The notes under the pieces are model-generated. The model saw only the letters and a list, made by a program, of their open reading frames with translations, was not told the DNA's origin and ran no database searches. The translations under genes and the position numbers were made by a program. A stretch of 61,882 nt of DNA, filler included, from Globobulimina sp. (taxonomy: Eukaryota): assembly GCA_003354225.1 (NCBI GenBank). It is 11 parts of 11 records of this genome, joined end to end, with 100 filler letters (N's around TTAATTAATTAA, not from the genome) between each part and the next. Parts side by side here need not be neighbours in the genome. Positions count along the whole stretch, not along the records: positions 33,851 to 39,381 come from PIVH01000524.1; positions 39,482 to 45,010 come from PIVH01000525.1; 9 more parts are not named here. One strand, 5' to 3'. How positions within the stretch are numbered: the stretch's first letter is position 1; each line of letters begins with the position of its first letter. Below, one piece after another: positions 34,558 through 45,110 of this stretch.

Positions 34558-35840
34558 TTACAGTACAGTTTGATTTACTGCATTTACAATCTCGTTGTCT
34601 TTATGTGTTTCATTCACTGATTGCAGAATGTCATCATCGTCATCGACACCTTCTACACCTTCTAAATCATTTTCTTTTTCAACCATCACAATTTCATTAC
34701 TATGCATTCCTTCTCCAGCTCTCTTTTTATTAATATTTCCCTTCTTTGAATAAAAGTAAAATATCACAGCCAATATTACAATAAATATGAATAAAAAGCC
34801 AAGAATTACAACACTGAGACTTATTGTTGGTTCAAGCGTTGGTGCATCTGTTTCGATTTTACAACTGTTGTATATGAGTGTGTTTGGTCAATACTATGGC
34901 ATCTGTGTGTGATAGAGGTGCATACCAGATGGCAATCGCATGGACAGTGTCACTATTATGAGACCTAGCTTTACATTGGAGACCGTTGCTGGTGATGTAC
35001 CATTGACTGTGTAAACATGGACATAAGTTGACATGATCGGAAACACTTAACTTTACTGCACTTAACTTTACTGATGTCCAGGGGCCATATCCAGAACAAC
35101 CAGTCATTGTATAGCCGGAGCCACAAACTGCAGTCGATAGCGTACTTTCTGCACCATAACGTAGAACACAAGTTAAATTTAATGCATATGTTGACGAGTC
35201 ACAACATGTTAAATATCCTCTGGTCCAATCCCTACTGCCACCATGAACAGCTGTACAATAATTGATGGTCGCTGGCGTATAATCCATTGTGGGGGAAATT
35301 GATATAGAAAATGGATTATCTGTGCCTGGATAGCAACCATCGAAGCCAGTCCACGAACTTTTCACTGTGCAGCCAAGCAGATATTGATGTTGATATTGTT
35401 CGCATGAATAAGCTTTGGGAGCACCTGCAAATTAATTTGTATTCAGTAACATATACAGACTCGCATTTTTCATCTATATACCAAATATATGGAAAGATTG
35501 TAGCAGATATACCTGTGGAAGGCTCGTCCATTGCAATAGAAGTGCATTGGACATCAGTTTCTGGGAATTTACAACAACGCGCATGTGCATAGACCCCATT
35601 TCCATCGTTGCCATTTTGAGCGTAACATTTATCGTTAACTATAAAACAACCATCAGAATTAGATTCGTCTGAATAATAAGTACTGCATCCACATGAAACT
35701 AGTGTTGGATATGATATTGTACAGCCAATAGATATTGTGTCATCGTCACCATCTCCTGAAAGGACTGATTTACGTGTCTCACAGGGGAAATTAGCTAATG
35801 ATGGTTGCAGTGTGGACGAAATAATTAATAAAGACAGCAT
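34558..35840 (-). CDS. Type I membrane protein with three Cys-rich PCSK9-C-terminal/resistin-like modules; multi-exon (first intron 35512-35425)
   Basis: Signal peptide; repeats of C...(L/M)x(S/G)C...C.A......YAHARCC / GYLTCC / HAIAI; then a PT linker, TM (VILGFLFIFIVILAVIFYF) and acidic tail. Confidence 0.7.
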
Positions 35841-36037
35841 GCTCTCCTTGAGTTAGACTTAAGTTTTTCGAAATTGTATACTAACGCGGTCAAATTATGG
35901 AACCTTTGATATTTTAATTTTTTTTTTTGATTGGTGAGAGATTTTTTTATTAAAAAAAATGATGGTTTTATAAATAACTTTTATTGACAACACTAGAAAA
36001 AAACATACGAATCACACAATATTATTAATGCATAAAA

Positions 36038-37568
36038 CTATGATAAATTGCAATGATACTTATGAATATTATTCCAATGTATTTTTTGATGTGATTTAGT
36101 GCAATACCTTTTTACATTTGCCACAATATTTCAAAACATTTGTATCATGACACCATGCACACCGTTTCTGATCGAAATTATCATATTCCCGCCTAACCAC
36201 ACGAGCCTTTATAATTGATTTAATTTCTGTTCTTTTGATTTTTAACTGAAAACTGACTGATTTCAAATATAACGCAATCTTATTATCTCCATAAATTCTG
36301 TGTATTGCTCCAAATTTCAATATTTTAGCAACCAAACTGATAATTGTATTATGCCATTTTGATTTGTTTTGATTGTCTAAAACTGTACATAATGCATGGA
36401 TAAATCCACGATGTACTATATGTTTTATTACAATATCACTATTACAAAATTGTTCCAAGCAATCCATGGTTTGCGTCATTAAAACGTTATCATCACTCAA
36501 TAAATGCTGGATTATTATATGATAAAATTCAGATGCGATATATAGGTTTGTCTCAGGTATACAACGAGATAAAATTCCAGAGATACCACAATATGCAATT
36601 TGTTTTGTTGTTACATTATGTGACAGCAAACAATCAGTAAATAATGCTGATATGACAGGATTAGATAATACGTTTTTAATATGATTACTTTGTGATAAGT
36701 ACAGTGGTACTTTAACGGATGTAAACATTAAACAAGAAACAGCGCGCAATACAGCATCAATTACAGGTTGATGAGTAGCGTATGATTTTAATAATTTATA
36801 AAATAGAGCCATATCTGTGCCCATTAAGTATTTATCACATAAATCAAAAATGAAAGAATAATTATCAAATTGCAATTGCATCGAAGGATTGCTATCAACA
36901 TCTCGAAAAAATCCGATGTATAAAATGTTTTGGTGGATAGTTGAATCGATAACAATTTGATAGAGATGATTGTTAGAATACAAATTACAATATGTGTTAG
37001 CAATATATTCAGCAATTCGAGAATCATCAATTTCAATTAAAATATATAATAATCGCGTTATATGAAAGACATATTCTAACTCAAGCTTTGGATTTTTGCC
37101 TGAAATTGTTTGCAAAGTACATGCAATGAAGCCAATCAAAAAAATGTCATTTTTATGAAAACGCAACAAATATTCCAAACTGCTGAGAATATGGTAATGA
37201 TCCAATAATATATCTCTCATAATTACGGATTCCATCGCTATATTGTTTATTAACTGCAGTGCATAGTGTACAATTTGATTGGATGGTGATGATAATTTTA
37301 GAATTGCTAACGGGATTATATCATATTCAACTATTGCTTCTATATGTTTTTGTTTCTGCGATTTGGACAATTTAATTAATACATCCATGCATAGAAGTTG
37401 TAATTCTTCATTTTCTGATGCTTCTGATTGCAGTGTTTGTAACGTGTCAAGAAAGGCTGATGAATCCAAGAGGATATCAATTGATTCACACGGCGTTTGA
37501 GAATAAGATTTTTTAAAATGCTGCAATGCAGATTTTATTTTAAATGCAAAACAAGACATGACATGCAA
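36038..37568 (-). CDS. ARM-repeat (importin-alpha-like) protein with C-terminal MYND finger split by a frameshift
   Basis: IEAIVEYDIIPLAI.KLSS, INNIA.ES..MRD.LL; CAWC...CGKCKK then in a shifted frame YCTKSHQKIHWNNIHKYHC (36106-36038). Confidence 0.75.
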
Positions 37569-37642
37569 GCAACCAGCATGCGGATTGCGGAATAACTTTG
37601 AGTGAAAACTTCATTTTGAGCCATTATATATATAATCATACC

Positions 37643-39085
37643 ATGCCAAACTCATGGGACCATCATCAACTAGAACCGGATGCAACCTGTATTGCCCCAC
37701 CACACTTACCATACGGTCGTTGGAACACGGAAGAAATTATCTGGGCCGCCGTCCCCGCCATCATTGTAATCACTCTCTGGCGTGCATTCTTTTGCCACAT
37801 ATTAGGTCCATACATCGGAGGCTATGTCGCACGGCGTGATTACCCCACTCCTCATCCAAAACCCTCCTATCTCAGCACAGAAACACTCGCAAAACTTAAA
37901 ATATTGCAACAGTTTTACAATGAAATCGAAGGTAAAAAATCCAAAGTCCCTAAAAAAAAAAAGAAACCAGAATCGGCCCAACAAAAATGTGATTTGCAGC
38001 TCACCACAAACATAAAGCGACGCAATGAAACACGTCACCGCAAACACAAACGGAAAGCCTTAATTTTGCCAAAAGGCTTAAATGCAAAACAATCGCCTGA
38101 CAATCTAGCGTTTTTAGCAAGTTTGGACTCAGATTCCACGCGGCAACGTATACCACAAATGATGCAAGAATTAGGTTACAAATTGTGTGATATTCGCGCC
38201 TATTGTCATTATAAAAAAGACTCAGATGCAATGCGTGAATTAACGCTTAAATTCAACGAGGAGGCATGGAAGGGATTGACTATGTTTTTTATCGCTGTGT
38301 ATGGCTTATGGGTCATGTCAAGGGAGCCCTTTTTCGCCGAACCAGCTCTTCTATTTAAGGAATGGCCGCAAGTGGAGTCGTGGAGAGTGTTTTTGTATTA
38401 TCAGATCGCCACTGGATACCATGCCCATAGAGCTGTGTGGCAGTTTTGGGAAAGAAAGCGATCGGATCTTGTTGTTAAGTTTGAAAATGCCTATCCTTGC
38501 ACTACAATGCATATTTTATATACACCATTCCCTGTATACACTGTGCAGGCGATGTTTATCCATCATTGGGTGACTGTTGTGTTGATCGCAAGTTCGTGGT
38601 ATTGGGGCATAATGAACATCGGTGCGGTGGTGATGGTAGTTCATGACAATGCGGATGTTTTTCTGCCGTTGGCGAAGTTGGGCCGCTGGCTGCGATGCAA
38701 TGCGATGAAAAATGTCTCCTTTATCATGTTTACTCTGTGCTGGATATGTTCGCGCGTCATTTTATTTTCGTGGAAGGTGATAATTCCGGTCTTTATGTAT
38801 GCGCCCAGCGCATATTCCTGTCATTACGGGAAATTTGTGTTTTTTGCATTTTTATTGATTGTGCTGTTATGTTTGCATTTGTATTGGCTCTCTATCTTAT
38901 TTCGCGTGGCCGGAGCGTGGATTTTCTGTAATAAGGTGGTGGAAGATACGCGCAGTGACAATGAAGAGAATCAGGAAGAAATTATCATTCAACCGGAGGA
39001 ATTTTCATCGTCGGATGATGAGAATAATAGCATTGATATGGACAGCACTGCCACTGTGAATAATGCCGCATATAAAGTGGAATAA
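37643..39085 (+). CDS. TLC-domain ceramide synthase (LAG1/CerS family); in-frame intron 38474-38548
   Basis: KFNEEAWK, RKRSD..AMFIHHWVT, G..VM.VHD.ADVFLPLAK, LH.YW, D.RSD.E. Confidence 0.93.
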   Translation: MPNSWDHHQLEPDATCIAPPHLPYGRWNTEEIIWAAVPAIIVITLWRAFFCHILGPYIGGYVARRDYPTPHPKPSYLSTETLAKLKILQQFYNEIEGKKSKVPKKKKKPESAQQKCDLQLTTNIKRRNETRHRKHKRKALILPKGLNAKQSPDNLAFLASLDSDSTRQRIPQMMQELGYKLCDIRAYCHYKKDSDAMRELTLKFNEEAWKGLTMFFIAVYGLWVMSREPFFAEPALLFKEWPQVESWRVFLYYQIATGYHAHRAVWQFWERKRSDLVVKFENAYPCTTMHILYTPFPVYTVQAMFIHHWVTVVLIASSWYWGIMNIGAVVMVVHDNADVFLPLAKLGRWLRCNAMKNVSFIMFTLCWICSRVILFSWKVIIPVFMYAPSAYSCHYGKFVFFAFLLIVLLCLHLYWLSILFRVAGAWIFCNKVVEDTRSDNEENQEEIIIQPEEFSSSDDENNSIDMDSTATVNNAAYKVE

Positions 39086-39481
39086 TTAATATTTATGATT
39101 GTTAGAAATTATTTGTACTTCTGTGGGTTTTAAATTTAATACATTCATTTTTCTTTTTTCTGGTTTTTGTTGTTCTGTTTATAAGTTTCAAGCTCTTACA
39201 TTTGTTTTTTGTGTTTGGTAATTAATTATTATTTGAAATTGAGATTTTTGTTTCAGCAAATTTTTCTCAACTTATTTACTTAAATAGCTGTTGTTCACGG
39301 TTTTTTTCAACTGAAAAAGTCAGTCTGATGTTTTTTTGCAGACCAAGTAAATGGGAATTTATTTTATTAACAAAGAAAAGGNNNNNNNNNNNNNNNNNNN
39401 NNNNNNNNNNNNNNNNNNNNNNNNNTTAATTAATTAANNNNNNNNNNNNNNNNNNNNNNNNNNNNNNNNNNNNNNNNNNNN

Positions 39482-42400
39482 CCAGAAGATTCAGGTTCAA
39501 AGCCTGAGGCAGCCCCAACAAATTATTTGGTATTTATTATGGTATTTATTGGGTTATTTATTATGGTATTATTATATGTATATTATGGTATTTATTATGG
39601 TATAAATGCATCTAAACAATGCCGTATTTGGCAAGAAATTGTTTAAAGGTTGGTTTGTTAAACAAGGCGCAAAGGCAAAATCATGGAGGAAGCGCTGGTT
39701 CGTTGTTTTTGACACTTTGGAAATGCGCTATTATGAAAATCAAAAAGGCAACAAACCAAAAGGCGCTATAATGTTAACTGAATTGACTGAAATAAATATG
39801 GTGCTCGACACTGATAAATATCCAAAGTATGTTTTTATATTCGGTTTGAAAGTGGAAATGTATGCAAAGTGCGAGGATAATGTATGAAATGTATGAAATA
39901 CGCAGACATGAACAGGTAATGGAGCTAATAACACCGGAAAGAATATGGGTGCTATCTGCGCCGAGCAAGGACGATCGCAGCATTTGGTATTCTCGTTTAT
40001 GTGATTTGATCGGTAAGAATGCCAAGAAAAAGTGTTTTCGGCTGAACCCGATTTATAATAATTACTTATTTCAATATGACGAAGCCACAAAGGTTTGGAC
40101 GCAACGGTATTATGCGTTGACCCCCAAACATTTGTATTATTTTGATAACGCAGAACAGTGTGACAATGCGCAGAGCATTGCTTATTTTGACAAAGCCAGA
40201 TTCCATATTGGTGTAAGTCGCTATGTATCGGGCTTCATACCACTGAACAACCCAACTTTTGCTATCTGCGACAATGCGCAGTGCAAACTACATAACAAAC
40301 AGCATTTATTTGAGATTGATACCTCTTTCCAATGCAAAATATTGATGACCGCTGCACATAAATCTGAGATTGACGAATGGCAGCACGCATTTATTAAAAT
40401 GGAGTTATTAGACATCCACAACAGCGATGAGGAGGAGGAGGAAAAAAAACGCAGTACACTGGGTATCAATGATGCTTTCAGTCAAGAAATATTATCAAAT
40501 TTAAAACAGAGTACATCTCAAAGGAGGAAAAAGCATAAAAAGTTGTCCAGCAATTCATTGAATTATCTCTCAATGAAAACGCACTTTCCTGGCTTTACAA
40601 AAAAAGGCAAAAAAAGCAACATCTCAGAGCTGAAAGATGGCGACGAAAAAAAAACAGAGCAGGATGTGGTACGTAGTAATATTTTATGTCAATATCACAA
40701 AAAAAAAACATTTTTATGCTATTTTTTTGTTGTGAACAGGTGAAAGATGGTTACAATGATCTGGGCTCACCTGTGGATGAGACAAAATTGCCCAAACCCA
40801 AACCGAGGAAGTCCACCAATCCGAGCATTGTGAGGCCACCAAAAAAGAGGGTGCGTAGCTATAAGAACGGCGGGAAAAGCTTCACCATCAAAAGGATCGG
40901 TGTTGGCGGCGCCGGCAATGTTGGCAAAGTGGACCCGTTTAAACGCTCTAAAACTGATAGGAATGAGCGGTATGTCCGAGATCGCACCAAATCGCGCAGT
41001 TTGAATGAAGTGATGTTCAAAGAGTTGGGGCTTGGCCTTGGCACTGGGAGCTATGGCAGCAAATCCTCGCATATTGCAACTAGTTATAATCCAAACCGCA
41101 CTGTGCATTATTTGCCCAAAGCGGGGCCCAATGCGGCGGATTTCAAATTTGATTCGAATGTTTCGGTCCGTTCATCTGCTATGAACTTGAAAGGCGGCGC
41201 GTATACACCACAAGTAATGAGTGAGTGCGGCAGTAGTTTGCTGTTACAAAATAATGACAGCTATTATACCTCGCATCGAGTCTCAATACCTATGATATCA
41301 CCTACACCTTCGCGGCATGCCTCGCTTGACATGGACTCTATGGCCAACAATGTGGCATCGACCCGACATTTGAGCGTAACTTACAACGCATCGACGAGGA
41401 TATCAGTGAGTAAATCCTATGTGGCCGAGGACGAATTATTTCTATCCCCAAACAGGAAAAGTATGCTCGCCAAGCAGGCGGACAATAAAATTGTGAAACA
41501 ACTGATGGAGTTGGGATTTGTTGATGAGACACACTGTGAAAAAGCTGCCATCGCCACCAATAATCGCGGGGTCGAAGAGGCGCAGCAATGGCTATTTAAC
41601 AATTTGCAGCAAAATGAATTGAACAATGAGTCGGCGCGCTCGTTGCCGGTGTCTGTGGTCAGTGATATGTATGAAAATGGCAACGAATCGGAGTCGGACA
41701 GCGATGTAAGCAGTATAGCAAAGGGCTTATTTGCATTTCAGATCAACGACGTCAAGCAAAATGGCTCCAAAAGTAGGATTTTTCTGAACGACGAGGAGAG
41801 GAATACAATCATGGAATTGTCCAATGTCGCAGAAAGAGCGCAGGCATACTTTGAGAAGAATCAATGGAATGAAGCGATTAAGGAATATACGATCGCGTTG
41901 AATGAGATTGATACGGACATGGAAGCGGAGCATCAGTTTGCTTTTAGATATTATTGTTTGCGCAGTGAATGTTTTCGAAGATTGAAAATATTTTCCAAAG
42001 CTGAAAATGACACGGAATCCTGGATGGAATTGCGATTTAATCGCGGCGATTTTGAGTATATTGAAGGGTGTGAGGTTGGGTCGGCGATCTATATTGATAT
42101 GAAACAGTATGCGTTGGCAAAGGATTTGGTGGTAAGAGGCTTGGAAATTGATGCGGAAAATGAAAAATTACAGCAGCGGTTGAAGAAATTGGAGGCTTTG
42201 TTAAGTTTGGAATTGGCTGAAATTGCACGAGAGATTGACCGGAAATATTTGGAATACGATATTGATGAAATTATTGATAACGAATTGTCGGAGAGGGAAG
42301 AAAAGGAAAATGATTTATTAACAAAATCGAAAGAACAGAGAGCGATGACAGTTATATCGGAGTGGGAGTCATTGGTTAAAAATAAAAGTCAGAAAAAGCT

Positions 42401-44576
42401 AGAAAAGGAAGCCAAGCAAATCGTAAATTGTTGCACAAATTACCTGCAATGTCCGTGCATTGCGCGGGTTACTGTGATATTGCGGTTTTATGATAAATGG
42501 TGTTCTACGCAAGAGACTGCGACCATATTAGACAGAATATCGATATATAATATTATTATATATTTGCGATCGTATTCGGTGCATCAATTAATAAATGATT
42601 TTGTACACATAAAGGAGGCGCATATTGATAATGTACGACAGCAAAGATGCGAAATATTTGAATATTTTGTGAATATGTTACCGGAGTGCATTGGCAGTCA
42701 AATTGACAATTTAAATGACTGTAAATGTTTTAGACGAAATAACAGAGATAAATTGTTATGCGATCAAAACGAAAATGAGTTTAAAAAAATGTATTTTAAT
42801 TTTTCACGCAGCGGCGAAGTGCGTGATATTATTACCATGCAAATATTGGACTCACTGCATTCGTTTTGTATCCATTCCACGCAATGTATTATGATGAAAG
42901 TACCTGAAAATAATTCGTTTACAATGTCTTCCTTTCTAAAGCAGCCACAAACGGTTATGAATAATATCAATAATGAATGGGATGAAATATATAAATTTAA
43001 AACCAATATAAAAGCGGAGGAGAAGGAGGAAGATGATATGATAGAAATGGACGACGGCATTGTTATCGGTCAACAAGTATTTAAATATTGTGTATCATAC
43101 AAGAAAGACACTGATTTTATAAAAGCAAAATATAAGACTTTAAAACGTAAATTGATGAAAAATAAAATATTTTGTATCACTGAGCCGGAATGGTTTACAT
43201 ATTTATTGAGAGCGAGCATTTTGAAGCAGACTTACAAAGGAAAAATGACCGTAGCTAACAATATAAACAATGGAGCTTTAAATGAGAAATATCACATCGC
43301 CACAGATTTGCCCATCCCAATTACGCATATTCTGGTTTTATTATTATATACAAATAATATTAATTTACAATTTCAATTCCGACAATGTTTATTATCCAAT
43401 AAAAGGAAGAAAATCCGCGAAATCGGAAATTTTATGGCGATTTTATCCGAATGCATTTTGTTTTATGGACATTCAAATTATTTGTTTATGAGTTCAGCGA
43501 TATTTTATCACGGCTTATCGCAGAAAATATTGATTGATAATTTTGAGTTTGTCTGCAACATTCCGACATTAATAAGTTTAGAACCGTCCTCTGCGATGAT
43601 GGTATGTGAGAAAAATAGGAATTGCATCTTGCAATTTCGCAGCGAGAGCAATGAGTGCAAATTATTTGATATTTCATGGCTGAGCGACAATCCATTCAAC
43701 AACACATTTTTAACGGGCTGTGCCTCCTCGTTCAATATCTTGGACATTATAAACGAGTATGAGTCCAATGAGATATTTATCAGCGCGCTATTATTTTTTA
43801 AGAAGGTAGTAAATGGATATTATATCCAAGACATTATACATCCAAAGCAAGTGTACCAATATATCATATTGGGGCTAATGAGTAATATGAGCGAAGGATA
43901 TGCGGAGCATAGCAACATCCCAAAGTTTATGCAGTCGCTCTTTGAGTATATTGTGAATAAAATTGACTCGATTTGGATCATAAAAAGTCAGTTTGAAAAG
44001 TTGGGCAATGATTTGCGAACTTGTTTTTTTAACATCAATGAAGAAGAATCGATTACAACCGGACCATTTTATGATTATTGGATGAATAAATTGTGTTTGC
44101 CGGAGCATGAACTCTCTGTTAATTTGACGCAAGAGTTTGAATGGAATTTAGTTAAACAAGATGATCTATTGCGGTTTTGGGGGTTGGCTCAGAATCAATG
44201 TTTTTGTGGACCAGAATGTGATTATATTATCTACACAGAAGATGAGGAGGAGGACAGTATGAGTCACAGCGAAGAGGACGACGGCGAAGATATTATATGT
44301 TTCATTCCGATTATATTCAGATCACATTCTGAATCGAAGGATAATGTGTCAATTGGTATAAAATTAAAAGATCCCACTGTCTTTGAAAAATATGCAACCA
44401 TCAAAATCCAATATAATTTATTATGTCCACAATTAAGATATACATTGTCAAATATCGCTGTTTTAGATGAAGAGAATCAAACCAATCAATGCATTGCATT
44501 TAATATAAATCAAATCAAAACGTTAAACGCATTTCATTTTCAAATATCATTACGGGTTTTAACCATTGAATATTAA
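39482..44576 (+). CDS. PH-PH-UBA-TPR multidomain protein with uncharacterised C-terminus, 5' truncated; introns 39530-39635, 39827-39905, 40669-40739
   Basis: GWFVKQG...SWRKRWFV; WTQRYYAL...EIDEW; VKQLMELGF...AAIATNNRGVEEAQQWL; YF....NEAIKEYT.AL; GT-AG introns join the ORFs in frame. Confidence 0.85.
39524..39603 (+). repeat. Degenerate ATTTATTATGGT minisatellite in an intron
   Basis: About 5 imperfect copies. Confidence 0.7.
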
Positions 44577-45110
44577 CTTGTACATTATGTTTTTTTTTAG
44601 TTTTGTGTTTATTTCTTTTTTAATTTCTCAGATAGGTTTCTTGATTAATTTGGGCATCCACTTCTATTTTTTCTGAAATTTGTAAATTTAATTAAAACCA
44701 CCACAAAGTCAGAACAAAGTCAGAACAAATTTATAATTGAATTTTCGGTATACAAAGGGGGGTGGTTATCTTTTGGAATATATTACAACATTATTTTTTA
44801 CAACATTATTTTTTCCGTCACGCTTAATTCCTGCTGAACGATGGCTAATTGTTTAACGTACCAATCACATAAATTATGATCAATATACATCCAGCGCAGT
44901 ACAATAATTTTAGAAAACGCAAGGAATTAAATCCAATTCTTCCAAACCAAACAGTTCAACAAATCGGAAACAATAAACATTACAAACAAATCTCATATTC
45001 GTTGACAGAGNNNNNNNNNNNNNNNNNNNNNNNNNNNNNNNNNNNNNNNNNNNNTTAATTAATTAANNNNNNNNNNNNNNNNNNNNNNNNNNNNNNNNNN
45101 NNNNNNNNNN

